From Andalucia godoyi And28 (Eukaryota > Protista > Jakobida), in assembly GCA_009859145.1 (NCBI GenBank), contig VRVR01000024.1:265408-329407 (forward strand): a stretch of DNA of 64,000 nt. Reading direction: 5' to 3'. The stretch's first letter is position 1, and the number at the start of each line of letters is the position of its first letter. The notes beneath the pieces were generated by a model. It had not been told where the DNA came from. It saw nothing but the letters and a program-made list of their open reading frames with translations, and searched no databases. The position numbers were made by a program, and so were the translations under genes. Shown in pieces: positions 1-9,545 of the stretch.

Positions 1-2
1 TC

Positions 3-3000
3 ACGGACAATGAGATCAAGGACGAGTCGTTTTTGGAATACATCAATATGATATTGACTTCTGGTGAAATCTCTGGGTTGTTCCCGAAGGACGAGTTGGA
101 CGCAGCGCTGGAGGATGTGCGACCAATTGCAAAGAAGGAGTTTCCTGGTTTCGTGGACACCTCTGAAAACCTGTACAAGTATTTTATCAATCGAGTGCGA
201 GATCGATTGCATGTAGTCCTTTGTTTCTCACCTGTAGGAGACAAGTTCAGAACACGTGCGCGCAAGTTCCCAGGTCTGATTTCCGGTTGTAACATCGATT
301 GGTTCCCGCTATGGCCTCTGGATGCCCTGCATGCGACTGCAAAGCGATTCCTTGGCGAATTTTCAATGCTCGTTGCCACAGACCAAGTGCGATCCAATTT
401 GGTCGACCACATCTGCAATGTGCACGATCTCGTTGGGCAGACAACCGGGCAGTACTTTGCGAAGTACCGAAGGAACGTGTTCACTACTCCGAAGTCGTAT
501 CTGTCATTCATCGATTCCTACAAGAAGGTATACAAATTGAAATACGAGGAAGTGAAAGTTTTGGCAGATCGTATCAACGCCGGTCTGTCCAAGCTGCTTC
601 AGGCGGAAAAGGACGTTTCAAAGATGAAGATTGACTTGCAGGTGAAGGAGAAGGATTTGGCAGTTGCAGTGACAAACACGGAAAAACTGCTGGCCGTCAT
701 CAAGGAACAAACCGCAATCGCGGAAAAGAAGAAGAATGAGGTTCAGAAAGTGAAGGATGAGTTGCAGGGCCAAGCGGACCAGATCAAAGCTGAAAAGGAG
801 CAGGCCGAGGCTGAGCTGGAAGCGGCTCGCCCAGCGCTGGAAGAAGCCGAGTCTGCATTGAATCAAATCAAACCTGCGGATATCGCAACACTCAAGAAGT
901 TAGGAAAGCCTCCAAACTTGATCAAGAGAATTATGGATGGAGTGCTACTTCTTCGAATGATGTCTCTCGATAAGGTCAACGTTGACCCCGAATTTGCTGC
1001 AGAGCGCTCCCAGATTCTGCCATCGTGGGGCGATGCGGTGAAGATGATGAATGACTCGAATTTCTTGAATGCATTGATGTCGTTTGAGCGTGATGCGATC
1101 AACGACGAGACTTGTGAGTTGCTTGCCCCGTATCTCGAAATGGAGGACTTCACGACCGATCTTGCACGAAAATCTTCTGGTAACGCAGCTGGTTTGTGCA
1201 CTTGGGTTCGTGCTATGGTTACGTATCACGAAGTTGCGAAGGTTGTTGCTCCTAAGCGAGAGCGGCTTCGCGAAGCCGAGGTGTTGCTGCGCGCCGCTCA
1301 AAAAGAACTCTCTGCAGCGCAAGCAGAGTTGGATGAGAAGCAGCGTCAAGTGGATGAGATGATGACAAAGTTAGATGCGGCCATGAAGGAAAAGCAGCGT
1401 CTGCAAGATGATGCTACTTTGACCAAGTCCCGTCTTAATGCTGCTGAGCAGCTCATTACCGGCCTGGCAGGCGAGAAGATCCGCTGGACGCAACAAAGCA
1501 AGGAGTTTGACGACAAGATTCGCCGACTCGTGGGTGACGTTGCGATTGCCTGCGCATTCTTGTCGTATGCAGGTCCTTTCAATTCCGAATTCCGCACGCT
1601 GCTTGTTGCAAAGCGGTGGAAAGGCGATTTGGATTCTCGAGCGATTCCTCGTTCGTCTGATGAACAGATGCCCTCTCTGACGTCGTTTTTGACGGACGAG
1701 AACACAATTGGAGAGTGGACGCTGCAGGGCTTGCCCACAGACGATCTCTCCATCCAGAACGGTATTATAGTAACACAAGCGTCCAGGTATCCGTTGCTGG
1801 TGGATCCCCAAGGCCAAGCAAAGAAATGGATCAAGAGTCGCGAAGACAAGAATGGCCTCATTCTGACGACATTAACCCACAAGATGTTCCGCCAGCATTT
1901 GGAAGATGCCCTTTCGCAGGGTCGTCCCATGTTGATCGAAGATCTGGGGGAGGATCTCGATCCTGTGATTGATCCTCTGCTGGAGAAGCAATTCATTCGC
2001 GTGGGCGCTCGAAAGAAGAAGGTGCGTGTTGGGGATAAGGAAGTCGATGTGGAAGACGGCTTCGTTCTTTACATGACTACGAAGCTGCCGAACCCTCGAT
2101 ACACTCCGGAAATTTTTGCCAAGACCTCAATCATTGATTTCACCGTCACGATCAAAGGACTCGAAGATCAGCTGTTGGGCCGTGTGATTCTCAAAGAAAA
2201 GGCCGAGCTTGAGGAATCAAGGAAACAGCTTTTGGAAGAGATCAACAGCTGCAAGAAGACGGTCGCAAAATGCGAAGAGGATCTGCTTTACCGGTTGTCG
2301 TCTTCTCAGGGCAACTTGCTGGACGATGCGTCTCTGATCGAAGTTCTCAACCAAACCAAGAAGATTGCCGCAGAGGTTACAGAAAAACTGTCGATTGCGG
2401 AAACCACGACAGAGAAGATCACTCTTGCTCGAGAAGAATTCCGCCCTGTTGCCACTCGTGGATCAATTCTCTATTTCGTTCTTACGGAGCTGTCGTTGGT
2501 CAATGTCATGTATCAGATTTCTCTTGAACTGTTCCTCCAGCTTTTCGACCAGGCCATTGACACCGCTGACAAGTCGCCCTTCGCCGCCAAGCGCATTGAG
2601 AACATCATCAGCAACTCGACCTTTAGCATCTTCAAATACGTGCAACGGGGCCTGTATGAAAAGGACAAGCTCATGTATTCCTTGTTGCTGGCGCTTAAGA
2701 TTGATCTGGTTGCGGGTAAGATTTCTTCTGTCGAATTCAACACGTTGCTTCGAGGTGGCGCTGCTGTGGACATGAACACTGCCAGGAAGAAACCGTTTGC
2801 CTGGATCCCGGACAACTCATGGCTGAATCTCATTGCACTGTCTTCAGTCAGCAAATTTGTGCAGCTTCTGGAAAACATTGTCGCAAATGAAGCGTTTTGG
2901 CGAGGTTACTACGATGCGGAACTGCCGGAGAACTCGCCGTTGCCTGAACCGTTTGATGGTAAGCTCTCGCAATTCCAAAAGTTCATGTTGGTTCGTTCGT

Positions 3001-4940
3001 GGCGTGAGGATCGTGCAATGATGGGTGCGCAGCAGTACATTATGGAATCGCTTGGCCAGCAGTTTGTGGAAGGCATTCCTTTAGACTGGGAGTTGCTGTG
3101 GTCCGAATCTGCACCCAGAATTCCTGTGATTTGTCTGCTGTCTATGGGTGCGGATCCGTCATCTTCTATTGAAGCGCTGGCGCGAAAGAAGAAGATTGAC
3201 ATCAAGATGGTGTCCATGGGGCAAGGACAGGAGGTGATTGCGCGACGGCTGGTTGCGAATGCCGTTGTGAATGGTGGCTGGGTTCTTTTGCAAAATTGCC
3301 ACTTGGGTTTGCGCTATTTAGCCGAGTTGGAAGAACAGCTGTTTGCGCCTGGTGGCTGGGTGTCTCTTGCTCAAGGTGCGCTGCAACAGGGTGCTGAGGT
3401 GTCGGAGAAGTTTGAGTGTGAACCGTCGTTCCGAATCTGGATTACTACAGAACCAAATCCCCGCTTCCCAATTAACTTGCTACAAGCTGCAATCAAGTTG
3501 ACGAATGAACCGCCGCAGGGTGTGAAAGCCGGACTTCGTCGGTCGTTCGCGTGGGTGAACCAGGACATGTTGGATGCTGTGGATAAACCGCAATGGCGAC
3601 AGATGTTGTATGCTGCCACGTTCCTGCACTCGACCGTGATCGAAAGAAAGAAGTTTGGTCCGCTTGGGTGGTGTGTCCCCTACGAGTTTAATCAAACTGA
3701 TCTCGCTGCATCTGTGCAGTTCCTTCAGAATCACCTGTATAACCTGGACCCGAGAACTGCGAAAGGGCCATCTTGGGAAACGGTACGCTACATGGTTTGC
3801 GAAGTGCAGTATGGTGGCAGAATTACAGATGACTATGATAAGCGTTTGTTGGTAACGTATGGTGATATCTGGTTTTCGCCGCAGTTGTTCTCTGAGGAAT
3901 TTGAGTTCTACAAGGGCTACAAGGTTCCGAACTTCAAGTCCATCCAGGAGTACAGAGGATACATTGACAGCTTGCCGTTGGTGGACACTCCCGAGATTTT
4001 CGGCATGCATCCGAACGCAGAACTGACGTTCAACGCGAATAAGTCAAAGGATGTTCTCGGTACTATTCTGGATGTCCAACCGAAGGACTCTGGCGGATCT
4101 GGCGGAGAAACGCGAGAGGAGGCAGTTTTGCGAATTGCAAGTGACCTTCTTTCCAAATTGCCCCCTGATTATTCAAAGATTCAGGTCAAGACACAAATGA
4201 AGAAGATTGGAGGAACAACACCATTGAACGTGTTCTTGGGCCAAGAGATTGATCGCATGCAGATTGTCATTTCCGCGATTCGCCGGACGCTTCTGGATCT
4301 GAAGCTTGCCATTGCAGGTACGATCATCATGTCTGCGGATCTGCAAAACGCGCTGGATGCGCTGTTTGATGCTCGTGTTCCAGCCAAGTGGCTCCGCGTC
4401 TCCTGGCCCAGTCCGACTCTTGGTTTCTGGTTTTCGGATGTTCTTGGACGTGTGCGGCAGTACACTTCTTGGCTGACGGAAGGCCGCCCCAAGTCGTTCA
4501 TGCTTGGATACACCTTCAATCCGCAGGGTCTTCTCACGGCTCTCAAGCAGGAATCGACGAGAAAGCACCAGGGCTGGTCATTGGACAACGTCGTGCTCAA
4601 GACCGAGGTGCTGAAGGAGGAGTCTCCGGATCAGCTGAAGGCCGCGCCGGACGATGGCATTGTCTTGCACGGATTGTATCTCGAAGGTGCCACATGGGAT
4701 CGCAAGAACGTGAAGCTTATCGATTCGAAGCCAAAGGAGCTGTTCACTCTTCTTCCTCTGGTGCATGTGATCGCTGTGAACGTGTCTCCTGCAATCGATT
4801 CCCGAACCTATGTCTGTCCTGTGTACAAGATTCCGCGTCGTACGGCACTCAACTTTGTCTTTGATGTCACTCTGCGGTCCGACACAAACGTTGAATTCTG
4901 GACTCTCCGTGGAGTTGCCTGTCTTTTGAGCCGTGTGTAG
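3..4940 (+). CDS. Axonemal dynein heavy chain, outer-arm DNAH5/DNAH8 (gamma)-like; 5'-partial
   Basis: Frame is open from base 3 (TDNEIKDESFLEYINM). It contains AAA4 end, coiled-coil stalk and MTBD, AAA5 (RYPLLVDPQGQA), AAA6 (GGWVLLQNCHL), PLGWCVPYEFN, EVQYGGRITDDYD and C-terminal WTLRGVACLL. No introns. Confidence 0.96.
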   Translation, partial: TDNEIKDESFLEYINMILTSGEISGLFPKDELDAALEDVRPIAKKEFPGFVDTSENLYKYFINRVRDRLHVVLCFSPVGDKFRTRARKFPGLISGCNIDWFPLWPLDALHATAKRFLGEFSMLVATDQVRSNLVDHICNVHDLVGQTTGQYFAKYRRNVFTTPKSYLSFIDSYKKVYKLKYEEVKVLADRINAGLSKLLQAEKDVSKMKIDLQVKEKDLAVAVTNTEKLLAVIKEQTAIAEKKKNEVQKVKDELQGQADQIKAEKEQAEAELEAARPALEEAESALNQIKPADIATLKKLGKPPNLIKRIMDGVLLLRMMSLDKVNVDPEFAAERSQILPSWGDAVKMMNDSNFLNALMSFERDAINDETCELLAPYLEMEDFTTDLARKSSGNAAGLCTWVRAMVTYHEVAKVVAPKRERLREAEVLLRAAQKELSAAQAELDEKQRQVDEMMTKLDAAMKEKQRLQDDATLTKSRLNAAEQLITGLAGEKIRWTQQSKEFDDKIRRLVGDVAIACAFLSYAGPFNSEFRTLLVAKRWKGDLDSRAIPRSSDEQMPSLTSFLTDENTIGEWTLQGLPTDDLSIQNGIIVTQASRYPLLVDPQGQAKKWIKSREDKNGLILTTLTHKMFRQHLEDALSQGRPMLIEDLGEDLDPVIDPLLEKQFIRVGARKKKVRVGDKEVDVEDGFVLYMTTKLPNPRYTPEIFAKTSIIDFTVTIKGLEDQLLGRVILKEKAELEESRKQLLEEINSCKKTVAKCEEDLLYRLSSSQGNLLDDASLIEVLNQTKKIAAEVTEKLSIAETTTEKITLAREEFRPVATRGSILYFVLTELSLVNVMYQISLELFLQLFDQAIDTADKSPFAAKRIENIISNSTFSIFKYVQRGLYEKDKLMYSLLLALKIDLVAGKISSVEFNTLLRGGAAVDMNTARKKPFAWIPDNSWLNLIALSSVSKFVQLLENIVANEAFWRGYYDAELPENSPLPEPFDGKLSQFQKFMLVRSWREDRAMMGAQQYIMESLGQQFVEGIPLDWELLWSESAPRIPVICLLSMGADPSSSIEALARKKKIDIKMVSMGQGQEVIARRLVANAVVNGGWVLLQNCHLGLRYLAELEEQLFAPGGWVSLAQGALQQGAEVSEKFECEPSFRIWITTEPNPRFPINLLQAAIKLTNEPPQGVKAGLRRSFAWVNQDMLDAVDKPQWRQMLYAATFLHSTVIERKKFGPLGWCVPYEFNQTDLAASVQFLQNHLYNLDPRTAKGPSWETVRYMVCEVQYGGRITDDYDKRLLVTYGDIWFSPQLFSEEFEFYKGYKVPNFKSIQEYRGYIDSLPLVDTPEIFGMHPNAELTFNANKSKDVLGTILDVQPKDSGGSGGETREEAVLRIASDLLSKLPPDYSKIQVKTQMKKIGGTTPLNVFLGQEIDRMQIVISAIRRTLLDLKLAIAGTIIMSADLQNALDALFDARVPAKWLRVSWPSPTLGFWFSDVLGRVRQYTSWLTEGRPKSFMLGYTFNPQGLLTALKQESTRKHQGWSLDNVVLKTEVLKEESPDQLKAAPDDGIVLHGLYLEGATWDRKNVKLIDSKPKELFTLLPLVHVIAVNVSPAIDSRTYVCPVYKIPRRTALNFVFDVTLRSDTNVEFWTLRGVACLLSRV

Positions 4941-5368
4941 TCGTGCATCCCGTAAATACATTAAAAAGACATCATCCAATTCCCGTCTTCCTCTTTTTTT
5001 CTTTTCTTTTCCCCTCGCCGGCTGTACGCGCTCCTTCATCCTTCCCTTCATCTTTCCCCCAACGTGCTGTTGTAGAGTGCGTACAGTTTTTCCCCACCGA
5101 AGAAAAGGAGATCGGGAGATTTTTTCCTTTTTGATTCTTCCCCGTCTTTGTTGGCTTGTTTGGCTGAGCGTATTTAATTCGTGTTTTTTTAAATTTTAAA
5201 TTAAATTATTCGCAAAACAAAAAAAAAAAGAAAGGTTCGACGGTATTCACAACGTTCACGTCACATTTTTGCGAAGAATTTCAGAGGATCGCAATAGTCG
5301 CTTCCGTCGCTGGGGTTTTGTTCGTTGGGTACATACTGGTATATGTGCGTGAGTGAGCGTGAGGAGGA

Positions 5369-7105
5369 ATGCAGTTTCCTGACGTCCCCTATGACTTGCA
5401 GTGCCACCTTGTGACGCATAATTCGACTTCGCTGAACAAACTGGGATCGATGGTTGCGAACCAATCTCGAAGTCTGCGCGAGCAGTGGTGCGACGGCATC
5501 AGGTGTTTCAAGCTTCCGATCACGCTATCCGCCCCGTCCCTGTCAAAAGAACTGGCGCGAATGATGTTTGGGTCTCGCAAGCGAAAAGCGCCGTCGCCGA
5601 AATCATCCATTGGGCGGCACCACTCGTCTGTGGATTTGGCCAGTGAAGTAGACTCGGTCTTTTTGCGATCGCCATCGCCGCCAGTGGTCGCAGACTCCTC
5701 GCCAGGCACAGCAGCAGCGTCCCCAACTTCAACGTCGATGATGATGACGACAAATTCTGGCATCGGTGCCTCTGCGTCGTCCTATTCTCTCAATTCAAAC
5801 ACGCAGGTTGTCCCGTTTGTCGCACATACAGGCGGACGAAGTCGCATGCTTGATCCGTGCAATAGAAGGCTTCGAGATGTCCTGTCCTCGATCAAGGATC
5901 TGTTTGAAACATCCAGGTTCCCGGGCTGCGTTACCATCTTTATCAATGTAATGGTATCGCAGCATATCATGTCGCGGTCTGCGCTGTACCCATTGCTGTA
6001 TAGAGAATTTGTGGATTCTGGAGTCGCACCACTCATGTTTGATTCACAGCACGATCGGAATCCATGGCCGACTCCAAGGGAAATGAACCAGATGGGCCAG
6101 CCGTTTGTCGTGTTTATTGATGAATTGCACGGAGACGGAGCACAGTGCCTGCAGCCGTCTTCGTCTTCGTCTTCGTCACACTCGGCTTCCTCGCAGTTTG
6201 GAATGTTTCACTCTTTTTCAGAATGGGTAGTCGAAACCCGGAAATTATTCAAACATGAATCCGATTTTGATGATCGATTACGAAGGGAGGCATCGGACGA
6301 ATTTGTCGGTCAACGGATGTTGATGATGCATCATTATCTGACAGGCATCGCGTCGGGATCCGTTTCGCTTGCATCTGAAGCGAATACATATGCATCTGTG
6401 GTTCGAAGAGCCGAGCAGCTGTTTAATCGATACAAGAAGATGCCGGGTTTCTTGCAAGTGGACTTCTACGAGGTCGGTGCTGTAGTTCCTGCAGCGCAAA
6501 GTCTGAACCGTCGATGGGCTGTGGAGAGAGAGGCGATTCTTGACCTCTGGTCATCGGATCTTAAACGCGCGCCGTCGAAATCCTCTGACATGTATGAGGC
6601 TGGATTAATGATTCAAATGTCCACGACTGTCTTGGAGAATGAGCTGGAGCTGGATGACAGTTTCAGCAGCAATGCTGCAGATGCGGATACAGACGACGAT
6701 GACGATGATGCGGAGGAAGCCATGGAAGATCCGACAGAAGCGGCGAACGCTCCTGCACGAAGTACGAAGATGGTTCGATTTCCTTCCCATGGCCGAATGA
6801 GTCGAAACGAGGCTACGGTCTCCATTTCCAGTACGAATGTGAACCCAAACCCCGTTGCTGCGACACGAATGCGCGCACCTTCCTTGATACAAAACGACAT
6901 CAGCTGGGTGTCAATGAATTCTCTCGACATGTCGCTCCACGGAATGGGTCCGATTGAGGAATACAACCACGACGAATTGTTTCCGGTGATGTCGGATTCG
7001 GTGAAGCGCGCCGTGGACGACTATGTTCGATCTCTGCGGTTCATCCGCTGCAGCAGTGTGGATGCTCTGGAGGTCCAAATGGACCATTTGGCGATGAAAG
7101 ACTAG
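5369..7105 (+). CDS. PI-PLC X-domain (PLC-like phosphodiesterase) protein with Ser-rich insertion and acidic tail
   Basis: LVTHNS...NQSRSLREQWCDGIRCFKL (first catalytic His motif), VAH...LRDVLSSIKDLF...VTIFI, WPTPREM, and FLQVDFYEVG...AQSLN match the PI-PLCc-like TIM barrel. Confidence 0.75.
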   Translation: MQFPDVPYDLQCHLVTHNSTSLNKLGSMVANQSRSLREQWCDGIRCFKLPITLSAPSLSKELARMMFGSRKRKAPSPKSSIGRHHSSVDLASEVDSVFLRSPSPPVVADSSPGTAAASPTSTSMMMTTNSGIGASASSYSLNSNTQVVPFVAHTGGRSRMLDPCNRRLRDVLSSIKDLFETSRFPGCVTIFINVMVSQHIMSRSALYPLLYREFVDSGVAPLMFDSQHDRNPWPTPREMNQMGQPFVVFIDELHGDGAQCLQPSSSSSSSHSASSQFGMFHSFSEWVVETRKLFKHESDFDDRLRREASDEFVGQRMLMMHHYLTGIASGSVSLASEANTYASVVRRAEQLFNRYKKMPGFLQVDFYEVGAVVPAAQSLNRRWAVEREAILDLWSSDLKRAPSKSSDMYEAGLMIQMSTTVLENELELDDSFSSNAADADTDDDDDDAEEAMEDPTEAANAPARSTKMVRFPSHGRMSRNEATVSISSTNVNPNPVAATRMRAPSLIQNDISWVSMNSLDMSLHGMGPIEEYNHDELFPVMSDSVKRAVDDYVRSLRFIRCSSVDALEVQMDHLAMKD

Positions 7106-7199
7106 TGGTCCATCCTGTCTCCGCCCCCTATTCGGTTCCCTTTTCAGTCCCCCCGTCCCCAAAGCTCTTTCATGTATTATGCTCCCTTTCTTTTTTACC

Positions 7200-8369
7200 T
7201 TATTCACATGTTGCTGTACTCGCCATTGTCTCGGCAATTCGCAGCGCCTCTGTCTCGATGACGTCTTCTGCAACTTCATCGAGCATTTCCTCGACTAGCT
7301 CATGCGCTGCGATTCGTGCAAGATGGACGCCAAATTCCACGTCCTTTTCAACTGTCTCGTTTCTCGCAACACCGGAAGCGACTGCATGAGATCGAAATGA
7401 CTTTTCCAAGGATTGAACAAATGTCGGGTCTTTCCATCTTCTCCTCTTGTTCCTTACTTCTGTAACATACTGTAATATGTCTGCAATCTGTGCCATTGGC
7501 AATAAACCGCTGTCAACGCGATCCACGCGGTGGATGCATACCTGCTTCATAGGTCTTTTCTGCGAACTGCTAAGCGCCGAACGTCGTCTGTTCTCTTCCA
7601 CCAGCGCCTTTGCCTTGCGTAACATTTGCATGAATTCGTGATGCGAAACCCCCGGGTAGCCATCGACCGTCATTCCATGCTTTCCATCTTCATCTCCTTT
7701 TCCTTCTCTTTTCATCGGCACTACAGCTGCCCTCGCATTGTCTGCAGTCCCTGACGGATTGGATGCCGCAGCGACGACGTCTGCTGCTTTCGGCCTCTGC
7801 ACACCTGTTACATTCGAAGAAACATGCAGTGTTTCCCATTTGTATCCAGACGGCTTGAGCAGAAAACCTCCATCCTTCGATGCAGTGTTCCCACGAGGCG
7901 TCATCGCCTTTCTCCTGGACGTGTCCAACAACTTTGCTTCGTTTTGAACGTCCATCCCATTTGCAACATGCGTGTTTCCCGTTTCTACTCTTTCATCCCT
8001 ATCTTTCTGTGAACTCGGTGTCGGCGACGACGACAATGGGGATGGATGGGATTTGTCGCATAATCGGGTTTCTAACTCGTGCGACAGAATGCGAGACAGT
8101 TCTCGATTGATTTGGTTATCGCTCGATTCGGCAGACTTTGCTTTCGCAGGAGACCTCTTCATGTCTGATGCCCCTGTCCCTGCTCCTGCTCCTGGATCTG
8201 GATGCAGAACATGGATCAACGAGTCCAAAAGATGCCGTTGCTGCTCTTTCTCATGCATCATTTGCCTTGTCTTTTCATTGAACTGAACCGTCAGCTTTCG
8301 TGTGGATTTTGACAACTCCTCGCGACTCCTTTCAAGATCGCGGATCTGCTGTCGGAACACCTCATTCAT
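7200..8369 (-). CDS. Hypothetical coiled-coil protein; acidic C-terminal helix weakly reminiscent of moonraker/KIAA0753
   Basis: Long ORF, first plausible ATG at 8369 (MNEVFRQQ). N-terminal coiled coil and C-terminal AAHELVEEMLDEVAEDV. The family suggestion is from memory only. Confidence 0.6.
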   Translation of the reverse strand: MNEVFRQQIRDLERSREELSKSTRKLTVQFNEKTRQMMHEKEQQRHLLDSLIHVLHPDPGAGAGTGASDMKRSPAKAKSAESSDNQINRELSRILSHELETRLCDKSHPSPLSSSPTPSSQKDRDERVETGNTHVANGMDVQNEAKLLDTSRRKAMTPRGNTASKDGGFLLKPSGYKWETLHVSSNVTGVQRPKAADVVAAASNPSGTADNARAAVVPMKREGKGDEDGKHGMTVDGYPGVSHHEFMQMLRKAKALVEENRRRSALSSSQKRPMKQVCIHRVDRVDSGLLPMAQIADILQYVTEVRNKRRRWKDPTFVQSLEKSFRSHAVASGVARNETVEKDVEFGVHLARIAAHELVEEMLDEVAEDVIETEALRIAETMASTATCE

Positions 8370-9182
8370 CCCCCTTCCCCCCGATGTTTTTGTGGTGGTG
8401 ATGGTTATTCTTGCTGTTCCTACAAATACTGCAATCCTTAACACCTGTACCAAAACAAGTCAACGTCCCACCTGACCCGTCGATTTTTGCTGCACCTTGC
8501 GAGAATGAGACAGCATCAACTGAGTCCTTTATTTAAAAAAACAGTCTCCTGTTATTATTATTATCTTTTGACCGCTGCGGCTTACTTCTTGTTTTCATTT
8601 TAACGCCAACTCATCTTATGCCTACGCACGCGCAGACGTAATCCTCCTCACGAGCCCTCTGTCGCTGGGAAAGACGGCAACTTGGACTCTCCACTTCTTC
8701 GTGGCTGAAGAATCATCAATTTCAAAGGCTTCTTCTAGACGGAGTTCGACGAGTTCTGGAAGAATGTCCAACGTATGCATGCTCCCATCGGACGCTTGCT
8801 TGTTCTGTTCATTATGTTCGTGAGCAATATGTGATGGACTTCGCCCATGTCTTTTCTGGCAACGGCATCTGGAGGTCTGGGAAAATGGCAAGATGTGTTG
8901 CTGCTGCACGAATTGCCTGATTTTTCGGAACTGGCAAATTCGCGAGAAGTCATATGTGTTTCCGACTGGTGCGTTTTGTTCGGTTTCGTGCTGGTGAGTC
9001 TGGCCAAATCCGACAAGAATGGTGGTGGGACGACAAAGCAAAAGTGAAGCTTGCATGTTCACAGAAAAGGTTTATCGGCAGAAAACCGAAGTGGGACTGG
9101 AAGTTGAAGGCTTGGAAGCTTTTTCGTTTTTATATTCTTTGGTCTGTGGAGCGGGGCCGAAGAGGGAGGATGTACGAGTGCT

Positions 9183-9432
9183 TCAAGAATGGTGGGCAGC
9201 AGCACAAATGGAGCCTGGACAGACGATCTCATCAAGCTCGGGATTTCCAGTAGGGACAAGCGGTTGGACTTTGCTGATGTCCGCACCAGCAGCAGCGAGC
9301 TCATGGATGATCTGCAAATGAGACGCTCGAAGTTCGTGGATTGCGGACCAAACTGCCATTCCAAGAACAGTGCCACCGTGCATGTTTTTCGACTCCAGAT
9401 CTACCGTATTCAGGCTGGTCAAGTACTTGACG
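9183..9432 (-). pseudogene. 3' half of an interrupted bacterial-type ankyrin-repeat gene
   Basis: Reads VKYLTSLNTVDLESKNMHGGTVLGMAVWSAIHELRASHLQIIHELAAAGADISKVQPLVPTGNPELDEI. Joins in frame to the 10020-10363 segment when the 9433-10019 insert and one ACG repeat are removed. Confidence 0.85.
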
Positions 9433-9545
9433 CCTACATTATACACTGAACATGCATATATCTACGAATAGACATGATGTATATTCAGTCTTGCATCCCG
9501 TTTCCGGGAAGGGGATAGGCCCCAACACGCCTCACGGCGTTCTTC
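9431..9545 (-). ncRNA. Candidate omegaRNA scaffold at the element right end
   Basis: Minus-strand hairpins: ACGCC-GTGA-GGCGT (9527-9540), GGGG-CCTAT-CCCC (9511-9523), TCCCG-GAAA-CGGGA (9496-9509), and a 17-bp interrupted stem with a TTCG loop (9447-9487). GCCTAT can pair with the terminal GTAGGC. The region overlaps the end of the nuclease ORF, as TnpB/Fanzor omegaRNAs do. Confidence 0.65.
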
